A stretch of DNA of 64,000 nt from Octopus sinensis (GCF_006345805.1 NC_043016.1:14198001-14262000); one strand, 5' to 3'; shown: positions 35,686 through 48,844, counted from the stretch's first letter. Program-made: numbers and translations. Notes: generated from the letters alone by a model not told the origin.

Positions 35686-37083
35686 TATACATACATACGA
35701 TGGATTTCTTTCCATTTCCGTCTACCAAATCCACTCACAAGTCTTTGGTCGACCCGAGGCTATTATATTAAAATTATGAAGGCTCATGGCTTAGCGGTTA
35801 GGGTATTCATCTCATGATTGTAAGGTTGTCATTTCAATGTTCAGTGGTATGTTGTGCCCTTGAGCAAGACACTTTATTTCACGTTGCTCCAATCCACTCA
35901 TCTGTGCCCAAGGTGCCATACAGTGGGACTGAATCCAGAACCATGTAGTTGGGAAGCAAACTGCTTGCCACACAGCCACTCCTGTGCCTATATCTACAGT
36001 TTTAATGTACTACTACTACTACTGACACTGTCAATTTCAGCAGTGGGGATTCCAGAAGAGCCTGCTCTTGAAAATAATGTGCAAGTGGCTGAGCACTCCA
36101 CAGATACATGTACATTTAATGTAGTTCTCAGGCAGATTCAGCATGACACAGAATGTGACAAGGCTGGCTCTTTTGGAATACAGGTACAATTCATTTTTGC
36201 CAGATGAGTGGATTGGAGAAACGTGAAATAAAGTGTCTTGCTCAAGAGCACAATGTACCACTGAGAATTGAAATCACAACCTTACAATCATGAGATGAAT
36301 ACCCTAACCACTAAGCCATGAGCTTTCACAATTTTAATCTGATTTATGACATATACCTAATATTTTTTTGTATAATCTTAGCCACACCATTTCTCATAGT
36401 ATATCAAATGGTATGTGACATGCTATACAAATGGTATATGACATGCTATACAATACCTTGAAGTATTACATGAGCGAGAGAGAGAAAGAGATATTAGTGT
36501 GGCACACAGTGAAGTATTAATGAGGGAGGCTGTATGCATAAAATGAGAAAATAAAAAATACTGAGCTTAATCTATTGGATATTTAATGTGAATCAACATG
36601 AAAGGTCATTCCTTCACACTATGAACTAAAAGAGAGGCCAAGTGTTAAAGAAGTCAGCTAAAGAATGCAGGAAAAACTGTGCAAGTACTGGACAACATGA
36701 ACTGAAAGTGTAAGATGTTGATAGTGGAGGATCCGAATGCTTGATGACATTGGTAGGAATGATGAGGTGAAGTCAAAAAAATGCAGGTCTCAGAAATGAT
36801 ATTTCTCAGGATCAAGTGTGGAGATATGCTGTAGAGCAAATCTGTATACAGCCTGTGAAAGCAGAGACAGACATTGAACAAGTGATCTCTCAATATTAAT
36901 AATAACAATTTCTGATTTAAGAACAAGATCAATGATTATGAGCGGAGATCAAAACCATTCACCCCAGTACTTGAAGGGTACTTTATTTTACTGACCATCC
37001 CACAGAGAGTAAAAGACAAGCCTGGCCTTGGGAGCAAAACATTAATTTTAACTGAAAGAAGCAAGAAAGGGAAAAAAAGTTAC

Positions 37084-37275
37084 CTTGCATAATTTAATTT
37101 CCTTTGATGTTGCTAACCATTTCTTTCACACTGCAATTCGCTCTTAACATTCTTCTTGGTTATTATTTTAAAGTTTTCTTGGAATACACCTGAAGTAAAT
37201 CTATTCTGCTGCAAGAAATTAAGAGCTCCCCAGTCCTTGATATTATCCATTTTCTCACAAGAGGAACTGTTGACT
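37084..37275 (-). other. Candidate upstream (5' UTR) exon of the kelch gene
   Basis: Unique sequence bounded by tgtgttttacag| acceptor and AAG|gtaact donor on the gene strand; no transcript evidence. Confidence 0.35.
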
Positions 37276-38207
37276 CTGTAAAACACAAATACATCATTTT
37301 GAAAAAGCTTAAAAGAAATATAATATTTTTGTAAGTAAAACCAAAAGCTAATTGAAAAGAAAAGCTAAGTTCTCAGAAAAAGAATTTTAAAAAAAATATA
37401 CAAGTCCATTGGTCAATCCAAACACTGAAAGCAATATCTTGAGAGGAAATTGAACGACCAATGCAAGAGCCAAATCACCTGTATATATCCATGTGATCAC
37501 TGGCTCAGGAACGAAATTTGCTTAAGGGGTGCAAAGTCAGGCCCCAAAAGTTTGACAAGTAAGGTTACAGTTTTTATTTATTTATGTTCTTTGTTCTTTG
37601 AGAAGAAACCTAATTCAAGGTACATTTTACAGATCATTGTTCTCTAAACCTGAGAAAAGTAAGTAGGGGTGCAGATTTTGATTTTGCACTCAACCAAAAT
37701 TTTAGTGGGTGTGCTTGCACCCCCTGTTCACAGGATTATGCATGTATGTGATCACTGTACCCCACAACAAGTACCTCTCTTATCTAACACAGGAGGCACA
37801 AAGAACTTTCAAACTCACACATATATATATATATATATATACACACACATGACAGAATTTCTGCCTACCAAATCCACTCACAAGGCTTTGGTTTGCCCAA
37901 GGTTATAGTAGAAAACACTTGCCCAAAGTGCCGTGCAGTGGGACTGAACCTGGAGTCATGTAATTGCAAAGCAAGCTCCTTACCCACTCAGCTGTTACTG
38001 ATTAATTAGAAAGAAAAAAAATTTAGAAAAGAGAGTTCCACATTGCTATACAAGATTACATGTGAATATCAAGCAAAGAAGTTTCAGAGATACAGATGTT
38101 TTTAAATGCCTTCATTTAGACCAATTATGGAAACTTAAGACAAAAAGTAACTGTCTACCAGAGATAAGAAAACAAACAAGCATGTGTGTGGATGTGTGTG
38201 TATGTGG

Positions 38208-38243
<36 letters not shown>

Positions 38244-39091
38244 ATAGATGTAGGCACACACATACACACTGAATCACCCTCAACTTGGATATAAGTATCT
38301 TCAAACTGAAATGTAAAAATAATTATTTTTCAACAAATTATTCGTTAAGTAGACCAAAGCTATGAAGAGAGAGAGAAATGAACAAACATTTAATCAAACA
38401 AAGATTTATTTCAAACTAAAACTACAATACTTCTTTATATATAACAGTGCATATGTTTTTCCTGAAATGAGAGTAATCATAACAATTGTTAGTTGTTCCT
38501 AATCTGAAGCACCCTTTATAACAGTTGGTCCCTGTGACTTATTGACTGGCGCAACAAAACATAATTTTACTGGAAATTGTAAAAGAGCTTAAACTCTGGC
38601 CTCCGTGCCGGTGGCACGTAAAAAGCACCATCCGTTCGTGGCCGTTGCCAGCCTCGCCTGGCCCCCGTGCCAGTGGCACGTAGCACCATCCGTTCGTGGC
38701 CGTTGCCAGCCTCGCCTGGCCCCTGTGCCAGTGGCACGTAAAAAGCACCATCCGTCCGTGGCCGTTTGCCAGCTCCATCTGGCACCTGTGCGGGTGGCAC
38801 GTAAAAAGCACCCACTACACTCGCGGAGTGGTTGGTGTTAGGAAGGGCATCAAGCCGTAGAAACACTGCCAGATCTGACTGGGCCTGATGCAGCCTTCTG
38901 GCTTCATAGACCCCAGTTGAACCGTCCAACCCATGCTAACATGGAAAGCGGACGCTAAATGATGATGATGAAGATGATGATCTCTGATGTTATTAGAGGT
39001 ATTTTAGAAATAAGATTATCTTCTCTTTTGAAGTAGCCAGTTTAAATGTTTAAGCCTGTATTTCAAGACATGAAGCATTTAAACTAAATGC

Positions 39092-40125
39092 TAAACCTTT
39101 AGCATTTAAACTGGCCATATCTGGTCTAAATATTCTACAAGTTTTATGTTCAAACTGGCCAGATCTGTTCTCTCACATCTACTCTATAATCATCATCATC
39201 ACCATCCAGTGTTTTAAATTTGGATTTTGTCCCCGTTAATGGGGGTGGCTGGATCTACCTCAATGCCATAGCAACCAATGTATGCAGGTGCAGCCTACTC
39301 CAACCTTTGGGCTGGCTGGTGTCCATCTCCTTTGCTATCATGAAGCTTTTTTGGAGCTGAATTTTTCTATGGGGTGCATGCCCTTGCTTACCCTCAACCT
39401 CAGTTTCTAGACATGAGTGGTCCTGAGACCAAGGCCTCCACCATGATTTTTAAGAAATGTGGTGGAAAACTAGCTCAGGAAGGCAGGGATGTTACTCTAT
39501 GAGACCCCTTTTGGAGCCCTCCTACCTAGAATATCATTCTAAAAACTATTATATTTCAAAATCTCAAAGCAACAAGTTAATACGCGATATATTCAAATCA
39601 ATGTAAACAAATAAGCCTTACATTTGACTGAATAATCTGAATGCTAAAGGGTTAATGCCTTTATTATTAATCTGGAACTATAGCAAAAATTAGGTTGAAT
39701 TAATTTCGTTTAAAATATTATAGACATTCTAACTTTAACCTCTTTAGCATTCAGATTTCTCTATCAAATGTAATGCTTTCTTTATTCTCAATGTTTTCAT
39801 TTAATCATCATTATGTCATAGTTTTGAGATTTCAATGACGTAATTGTTTACTTTTAAAATGACATTGTAGGGTAGGTGTGAGAGGCCAGATATGACTGGT
39901 TTAACCCTTTAGCGTTCAGGTTAGCATGTCAAGTGTAATACTTATTTCTTCATATTTTCAATTTATCATGTATTATCTCATAGCTTTGAGATTTTGATGA
40001 TGTCATTGTTTATTTTAAGAATGACTTTGTAGAAGAAATGTGAAAGGTCAGATTTGCCCAATTCCAATGTAAAACAAGTCGAATATTTGGGCCGAATAAG
40101 ACCAATTTAAATGCTAAAGGGTTAA
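39092..40125. mobile_element. Cluster of three TTAA MITEs (39092-39655 interrupted; 39735-39900 truncated; 39901-40125)
   Basis: Repeated TTAACCCTTTAGC / GCTAAAGGGTTAA termini. Confidence 0.75.
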
Positions 40126-40402
40126 GGTGTAGCTAAGGATGAGGCAATCCTTTAAGTTCTAAAGAATTTAGAAACTGTTGGATACATAACTTCATTTTCA
40201 TCAATAACTGTATCATTTGAGGGAAAGGTATGTTATTGGTGAAAAAGAATAAAAAGTGGAATTTTTTTTTTTAGAAAGGATAAAGCAATACTGTTTGACT
40301 TAATTTTTTTTTATTATTAAATTATAATTAAACTGTCCATGCGAAACTACATTCAGTTTTCATTTGTCTTGAAGAAAGTCAAGAACATCATAATCTAAGG
40401 GA

Positions 40403-40702
40403 GAAAACTTTGGTGCCACTTTAGCATGATTATTTGCACTTTAGTATTATCTAACTCCCTTAACCTGTGAACTTAATGCTAACCCTAAACACTAACACTT
40501 AACTCTAATCCTAACACTAACCCTAACTCTGATACTTAACTAATCCTAACACTAAACTTGAGCAACCCCTAACCCTAACATGTAACTCTAACCCTAAATT
40601 TAACCCTAACCCCCAGCCCTATTCAACACAGATCAGGTCATTTCACAGCATAGACTATGGATACAGTGGTAGACTGCATGCTAAAGTAATACCAAAACTT
40701 TC
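40403..40702. mobile_element. MITE-like element carrying degenerate (CCCTAA)n telomere-like repeats
   Basis: 26-bp imperfect inverted ends GAAAACTTTGGTGCCACTTTAGCATG / CATGCTAAAGTAATACCAAAACTTTC; CCCTAA variants at ~40455-40620. Confidence 0.6.
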
Positions 40703-41303
40703 ATGCCTTCCTCTATTTATTATTTACTGTAATATAATTAGCAATAGTCAATTATTAATTTCATAATTTTATTACAACATAAGAACAAAATAAATAGCAT
40801 AATTAAATTTTTTGGTAAAGAGACGGATATCTAAGCTATTTTTATTAAATTTATAAGTTCAACTGTTTGGGTTTCTATGAAGGATCCCCTTCAGTCATGA
40901 CTGACCATGGGATTACATCTAGAAAGTTCCCCTCCAAGGTACAAGTCCAGGCTAAGTTGTTAATGGAAGACCAGCAGTCACCCATGCATACCAGCCTCCC
41001 ATCTCCATCCAAGAGAAAGATAAAGGCTGATACAGCTGAGTGAACTAGAGGAATGTGAAATAAAGTGTCTTGCTCAAGAACACAACACACAACCCAGTCT
41101 GGGAATCGAACTCACAACCTCATGATTGTGAGTCCAAAGCTCTAACCACTGAGCCATATGCCTTCACTTGGACTTCTATAGCAATCAAACAAACTTCCTT
41201 TTGTGTGCGTGCATGTATATATACATTCCAAAATGTAACTACATGTGGATTGTTGGCCATTTTTTTCCTCCATCTCCCATTTCTCTTGGACTTTTCTGTC
41301 TCC

Positions 41304-41340
41304 TGTTCCTGAAGAAGAGCTTTGCTTGAAATGTAAAACA
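41304..41340 (+). ncRNA. Minimal hammerhead motif (degenerate copy of 50572-50608 family)
   Basis: TGTTC-CTGAAGA-A-GAGC-ttt-GCTT-GAAA-TG-T-A-AAACA. Confidence 0.6.
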
Positions 41341-41477
41341 CCCTTTCTTTCCTTCCCTGAGTGTCTCATTAATACTTTGCATGTACCACGTCATCGCATT
41401 GTGTTTTTCCTTCATTTTTTAAAAATATATTATATATATATATACTTTATTTAAAGTAGCAGAAAATTCAACAAAAT

Positions 41478-41515
41478 CTGTTACTCTGAGTTTCTCGTTG
41501 CCGTTCATCAGACAG
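41478..41515 (-). ncRNA. Minimal type-I hammerhead ribozyme
   Basis: CTGT-CTGATGA-a-CG-gcaa-CG-a-GAAAC-tcaga-GT-A-ACAG. Confidence 0.75.
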
Positions 41516-41527
41516 TTTTTGCTAAAA

Positions 41528-41565
41528 CTGTCTGATGAACGGCAACGAGAAACTCAGAGTAACAG
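41528..41565 (+). ncRNA. Minimal type-I hammerhead ribozyme
   Basis: CTGT-CTGATGA-a-CG-gcaa-CG-a-GAAAC-tcaga-GT-A-ACAG. Confidence 0.75.
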
Positions 41566-43216
41566 ATTTTGTTGAATTTTCTGCTGCTTTAAATAAAGCA
41601 TATTACTCTACCACTGGTATTTGAGTATAGATATATATATATATATATATATATGTTGATTTTAATGTCCATGCTTGCATGGAGTGGATGAAATTTGAGG
41701 CAGATTTTCTACAGTTGGATGATCTTCCTGTCACCAACTCTCACCTGTTTACAAGTAAGGTGATATTTCCCCCTGGAATAACACTGCTTTAAAGACAGTG
41801 GCAATCATTTATAACTATCATATAATATCAAAATAAAGAGACACAAATATACACAGACTCACACACACTCTATGCACGAGCTAATACTGAACAGTGAGCA
41901 GTGCTCAACATCGCATAAGTTGATAGATATTGTTTATTTATGGGTCAACAAGGCTACCATTTGTTTCATGTAAAGAGATCTCCATGATTGTTCAAGCATG
42001 CCACATGGAAGTGTTGGTACTCGTCTCCATTTTGGATGAGAATACACAAGGTTACACGAGACTGAATGGGATTTTGACATACATATACAAATCACGGAAA
42101 GTAACTAATAGGAATACCTCAATTGTCATCTCCTTTGCAATAACCCTGGATTTTTGCAAGAAATTACATTCATCATAGATTAATTAATTCACTAATTATC
42201 TTATTTGAAAATGCTCTTGCATACCCATATTTATAAAAATATACATGTATGTATACATACAAATATAAAAATTATAAACTTACAAAAAACAGACACACAC
42301 ACACAGATATGTTCCCTACACAATGTCAAGTGTTACAGAATACCTGGATTTCAAAGACCAGGTGTATATAAATATACAAGAATATTATGGTATGGATGGG
42401 TTCATGACCTGACACTTGGCAGGACCAATCTCATAAACACATATGTAGCATAGCTACCAATAAGTCACACTATATGTTTCAATAGAATTAAATACAGAAG
42501 ACAAATGTATAGATTTACACAAACAACACACATATACATACATACTATATAGGTAAGAGCAGAGAGGAAGGACAATTAGGCAAGACATGACAAAGACATT
42601 TAATTTAATTTAATCTAAGTTACATAATCATCATCATCATCATCGTTTAACGTTCGCTTTCCATGCTAGCATGGGTTGGACGGTTCAACTGGGGTCTGGG
42701 AAGTCCGAAGGCTGCACCAGGCCAGTCAGATCTGGCGATGTTTCTACAGCTGGATGCCCTTCCTAACACCAACCACTCCATGAGTGTAGTGGGTGCTTTT
42801 TATGTGCCACCGACACAGGTGCCAGACGAGGCTGGTGAACGGCCACGCTTGGATGGTGTTTTTTACGTGCCACCGGCACAGAGGCCAGGCGAAAAAATAG
42901 CAAATACTTTTTACCATTTGTTATGTAGCTAAATTAGATTGAGTTAAATTAAATGTCCTTGTCCTGCCTTGCCTAACTCTTTGCCTTTCCCCCTCACCAC
43001 ATTAACCAATAAATACTGGCTCGAAGTGAAGCCACCTTTAGCTGTTTTGCACAATGCAATCACATAACTACAACTTCAACTGCTGCTCAAACTGGAATTT
43101 TGGTGACACACCTATTTGAGCACTCAGAACACATACCTGTCAGTTTGAGTCAACCAGACCCAGAACACATACCTATCAGCTTGAGCACTCAGAACACATA
43201 CCTATCAGTTTGAGTC

Positions 43217-44755
43217 AAGTTGTTGGATCAAGTAATGAAGGTCACAGAGATTAGGGAGACAGTCAGTCCAGATGAGATGCAGTTTGGGTTCATGCCAGGA
43301 GAAAGCCCCACTGATGCTATATTTCTGGTAAGACAGCTGCAGGAGAAATACCTAGCTAAAGATAAACCTCAGTACCTGGCTTTTGTTGACATGGAGAAAG
43401 CCTTTGACAGGGTCCCCCGATCCCTTATCTGGTGGTCAATGAGGAAACTAAGGATAGATGAATGGTTAATAAGAGCTGTGCAAGCCATGTACAGGGATGC
43501 TGTCAGTAAGGTGCGGGTTGGAAACGAGTATAATGAAGATTTCCGAATAGGGGTAGGAGTCCACCAAGGATCAGTCCTCAGCCCCCTCTTATTCATCATA
43601 GTCTTCCAGGCAATAACAGAGGATTTCAAGACAGGATGCCTCTGGGAGCTCCTCTATGCTGATGACCTCTAATTGCTCTAATTGCTGAGTCACTATCAGA
43701 ACTAGAGGAAAAGTTTCAGGTGTGGAAGTAAGGATTAGAAAGGCCTTAGAGTCAACCTAGCTAAAACTAAAGTCTTAAGTAGGAAGGCAGACAAATCACA
43801 AATCCCTTCAGGTAGATGGCCGTTTGATCTGTAGAAAAGGCATAGGTAGAAATTCCATAAGATGTACCCAGTGTAAGCTATGGACACATAAGAGGTGCAG
43901 CAATATCAAAGGAAGGCTAACTGGGAAGATAGTTCTTGATGTGGCAAATGCTCAGGTGCTATAAACACTGAAAATGTGCAGAGAACAGCTTCTGTCACAT
44001 TCCAGGGAGAAAAACTAGAAGTAGTTGATAGTTAGGGGACCAAGTCAGTAGCAGGGGTGGATGCTCTGAAAGTGTAGTGGCTAGAATAAGAATAGCCTGG
44101 GCAAAGTTCGGAGCTACTACCTCTGCTTGTGACAAAGAGCCTCTCGCTCAAAGTAAAAGATAGACTGTATGACGCTTGTGTACAAACAGCCATGCTACAT
44201 GGCAGTGAAACATGGGCCGTGACTGCTGAGGACATGCGTAAGCTTGCAAAGAATGAAGCCAGTATGCTCTGCTGGATGTGAAATGTCAGTGTGCATACAT
44301 GACAGAGTATAAGCACCCTGAGAGAAAAGTTGGATTTAAGAAGCATCAGATGTGGTGTGCACTGGTATGGTCATGTGTTGCAAATGAATGAGGACAGCTG
44401 TGTGAAAAAGTGTCACAGCCTAGCAGTTGAGGGAACCTGTGGAAGAGGTTGACCCAGGAAAACCTGGGATGAGGTGGTGAAGCACAACCTTCGAACATTG
44501 GGTCTTACTGAGGCAATGACTAGTAACCGGGACCTTTGGAGATATGCTGTGCTTGAGAAGACCCAACAAGACAAGTGAGACTATAGCCCGTAGCCTATGC
44601 CAGTGGGTGTAAGCAGCCCATTTATGAATACCCCTCATGCATTGGACAATAAACCTTGCTTGTGAAGACCTATTGAGGTGGGTGAAATCAAAATCAATAT
44701 TGCTGATGTGGCTGATGATAGTACTGCCTGATTGGCACTTGTAATGATGATGATA
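43217..44755 (+). mobile_element. RTE LINE, 5'-truncated, RT pseudogene
   Basis: QFGFMPG..TDAIF..LAFVDMEKAFDRVP..GVHQGSVLSPLLF..LYADDL; then Cys/His finger, KDRLYDACV..GSETW, WYGHV; frameshifts after YADD. Confidence 0.95.
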
Positions 44756-44768
44756 TATATATATATAT

Positions 44769-45072
44769 ATTGGGTCATCCTATAAATATGTTTTTTTATA
44801 CTTCTTTTATTTTTCAAAATTAAGATAAACAAAGTTCTTTTTTTAATCTAAATTATACTCTCCTTCATTTTCTACAATGTTCTTCCATCTATCTGGTAGA
44901 CTTGCAAGGCCCTTCTTCTAAAATTCACTTGTCCAGGATGAAAAATACTCCTCCAGTACTATTCTGACTTTATCTACAGAATTCATATTTTTTTCCATCC
45001 AAATGATTTTGAAGAATGTGGAATAAATGATAATCAGATAGGGCAATGTCTGGCGATCATGGTGGGTGGGGC
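44769..45072 (-). mobile_element. mariner transposase C-terminal relic with TIR
   Basis: PHPP*SPDIALSDYHLF..LPDRWKNIVENEGEY resembles the HPPYSPDLAPSDYHLF motif; TTGGGTCATCC terminus next to (TA)n. Confidence 0.85.
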
Positions 45073-45630
45073 ATCAAACTGCTCCAGCCTTTGGAATGTC
45101 ATCCTTACTGTATTTTACCAGATTCTTTTGCTCGACTGCTAACTCAGAGACGAAAACATGCCAACACTGGTTGTTAAGCAGTATGGGAGCAAATAGAAAC
45201 ACAAAAGTCATATCCATATGTATTGCATATGGGTATGACTTTAAACTGCATCCCTTAGTGAGACTCTGGTTTGGTAGTTCCAAGTATTTGAGGAGAGTGG
45301 AACCACCTACCTCTTAGCCAATATTGTTCTCAAGACTACTCCAACCCAGAGTAGTGGCACCTATCAGGGTCTCCACTATGGGTTAACCTACATTCAAGTT
45401 TTGAATGTTTTTCAGCCATTTCCAGAGTATAATATGCTTGCTGATGAAATTCTCTATTTTTCAAGTAACTATTGTCTTATCTGTAAGAAGGGAAAGCCAT
45501 TAATGAAAGCATCTTTTGTATTGCTCAGCAGTTATTGCTTTATTTACAATCCGTTCCTAAGAGCATTTAATCCAGCCATATCTGGCCAAAATATTCTACC
45601 TGCTTAATGTTAAAATCGACCAAGTCCAAC

Positions 45631-46049
45631 CTTTACTTTACTTTACTTTACTTTACTTTACTTACTTGTTTCAGTCATTTGACTGCGGCCATGCTGGAGC
45701 ACCGCCTTTAATCGAGCAACTCGACCCCGGCACTTATTCTTTGTAAGCCCAGTACTTATTCTATCGGTCTCTTTTTGCCGAACCGCTAAGTGACGGGGAC
45801 ATAAACACACCAGCATCGGTTGTCAAGCAATGCTAGGGGGACAAACACGGACACACAAACATACATATATATATACATATATACGACGGGCTTCTTTCAG
45901 TTTCCGTCTACCAAATCCACTCACAAGGTTTTGGTCGGCCCGAGGCTATAGTAGAAGACACTTGCCCAAGGTGCCATGCAGTGGGACTGAACCCGGAACC
46001 ATGTGGTTGGTAAACAAGCTACTTACCACACAGCCACTCCTGCGCCTAT
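45631..46049 (-). mobile_element. SINE family A nested in a TTAA MITE (~45560-46176)
   Basis: Full SINE with (AAAGT)n tail; MITE halves on either side. Confidence 0.85.
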
Positions 46050-48844
46050 CCTACAATGTCATACTAAAAATGGACAAACACACTATTGAAACCTTAAAGC
46101 TGTAAGATTAATTCAAAACAATCTTAATAAATAAGCAATACAATTCACAAAGAAGTTTGAATGCTTAAAGGGTTAATGTTTGTAAATATTTGCCAAGTGG
46201 TTCATTAAACTCTTGTTGAAAAGTAGCCAAAACATGCTGCACATACACCTCATTTTTAGGATTGATGTATATAGCTTGCTGGCCGTTTATAGCCACAACA
46301 TACACACAACACTTATACAAGACATTACATGATTCAATAATTTTAGGAATTTGCAAAGTCATAGATTTTTACAATATTCAGAACCTGTAGAAACTCCATA
46401 AATGATAAAATACACATACATCCTCAAACTGCAAGTGTGCGTCATGCATTGTATACATTATAACATGAATATATTTACATATCTATACATACAAATTTAC
46501 AAAAATACACTTATTTAAATATAAAATGGGTTCACATATGTTTTCATATAGTCTGTGTTATTTGCAAAATATTTAAGCTAAATAAAGGGAAATAAAAAAT
46601 AAGTCATTGAATGAGTTGCTTCCCCTAATCAGTAAACTTTTTTAAAGTCTTGTATACTCTTGTATAACCTCATGGAATCTCATCCAAAATGGACACGATT
46701 ACCAATCTCAAGAATTGAAATGCTTGAATAAATTAAATTTTTTACACATGAAACCATTGTTAATTCACAAATAAAATGTATACACAGACACACACACACA
46801 CATGTCCTGCATTAGTTTCCGCTTTATCATCAGGTGAGGAAACTACAATGACACACTGAGTGAAATAGCAAATTTCCCAAGCAGATTTGCTGTGTCTGTA
46901 GAGGAAACAACACCAGAAAATCTCGTGGAACTGAAACTAGAACGGTCCCGTTGTTTAACTCAACATTTAGTATGAACGTTAGGACTAATGAAGGTAGAGA
47001 ATTTTAAAATTTAGTATCTAAGCAATATTCCCTGGGATTATATTATAGAACTTTTAACATAAACTCTGAAGGTTAGCTATTCTTGTTGAGAAAACATCAT
47101 TGTGTAAGTTAACCATGTTAGTAAGCTCAACAAACCTAATGAATATGATAATGAACCTAAATGTAATTACAAATATCCTGGTGGTTGCCCTTTAAATGGC
47201 AATTACCTGATTAAAATGAGTTGTATATAGGTCTAAGATAACGATTGATGATATCCATATATGCAATACTTAATCTGAGATTATGGAAAACAGCTTCAAA
47301 ATGAGACTTCATTTACACAAGAATTCTTTCATACACCTATAGAACGAGTCAACAAGTTTATCAAAATACATATGGCAATTAAAAGAAACTTGTTCTACCC
47401 ACTTTAAGGTACAAGAGTTTATCTTAGAAAAAAAACAAACCAACATATAAAGACATGTATCAAACCAGAATTCTGTAAGACATCTATTGTGCATGAATTA
47501 AAAGTACTTTATTGTGTCCCAAGATAATCTGCATCAAACTGAAAATCAGATCTTTTTAGTAGTTGTAAACACTCTTCAAAATTCTTGATTTCTAGACTAC
47601 TACCACCAAATGGTGTATAGCTTATATAAGCTATGCCAATTATTATTGCTCAATTTTATTTATTCATTAGTTTAACGTAACTCAGTATTTGTTGGATACT
47701 TTTCCTTTACTTCTACTTTACTTCCATCAAATTCATTTATCTTTTACTTTAGTCATCTGACTGCAGCCATGCTGGGGCACTACCTTGAAGGATTTTAGTC
47801 AAATAAATCAGCCCCATGACTTATTTTTTAAAGCTTAGCACTTATTCTATTGGTTTCTTTAGCCAAATTGCTAAGGTACATCATTATCATCATCGGTTAA
47901 CATCTGCCTTCCATGCTGGTATGGGTTGGACAGTTTGACAGGAGCTGACCAGGCAGAAGCCTGCACCAGACTGCTGTGTCTGTTTTGGCAGTGTTTTTAC
48001 AGCTGGATGCCCTTTCTAACACCAACTACCCCACAAAGTGGACTGAGTTGTTTTTTTATCTGGTACAAACACAGGAGAGGTCGGTTTTGGAATGGTTTTT
48101 ACAGCTGGCTGTCCTTCCAAATGCCAGCCACTTTACAATGTGGACTCCATGCTTTTCACGTGGCACCAGCACTGGCAGGGTCACCAAGTAACTTGCAAGG
48201 CAAAGAACCTATGATAGGGGAGTGGGTATTGGAGGAGGTGATCTTGTGTGACAGAGAGACAGAAACAGGTGTCTTGCTGTAGAGGAGATACATGGTTACT
48301 TGGTCAGAGAGGGTGAGAGAGAGAGAAAGAGAGAGCATGGGGGAGAATGATCAAGAATGAAGACAGAACAGGTGTACTGCTATAAAGGAGATACATGATT
48401 ACCCAGCCAGAGGGAAAGTAAAAGAGAGAGCAGGAAAGAGATGGTGAAGTGTTAGGGCATACTCACAAGCAACAGGGATCAGAACATAGATTTGATGGTG
48501 GAGTGAAGGAAGAGAGAGATAGATGGTGGCAAGTGCCAGGGCATACCCTCAAGGTACAGAGGTCATGATATAAGTGGCAGAGTATTGCCAAAAAAGGTAT
48601 GATTGGGGGTGTGGAAGGCAGTGGCCAGTGGGAACCTGGGCATATAGAGGGGGAGGGAATAGCAATGACACAGTGAGCAGGACAGTGATGATAGGATTGG
48701 GGAGTGGGAGATAATCATTGTGTATGAAGGAGGAAATGTGAGGAAGAGAAGAGATGCAGTTTGGTTTGTCGGGGTGGGGTGTGTGAAAATTTTATGGTTA
48801 TGTGTGTGGGTGGGACACAATGCTTTTAGAACTTGGTTTTGCTG

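Larger units (their letters stand above)
41445..41628. mobile_element. Inverted Penelope-like pLTR pair with two hammerheads, in TA microsatellite
   Basis: Arms 41445-41519 / 41524-41598 (one mismatch), one-sided tail to ~41628. Confidence 0.8.

Noticed and set aside
46805-46840. CTGATGA-TAAAGCG-GAAAC motif on the minus strand
   Set aside because: No stem II and no UH triplet; at best a deleted relic
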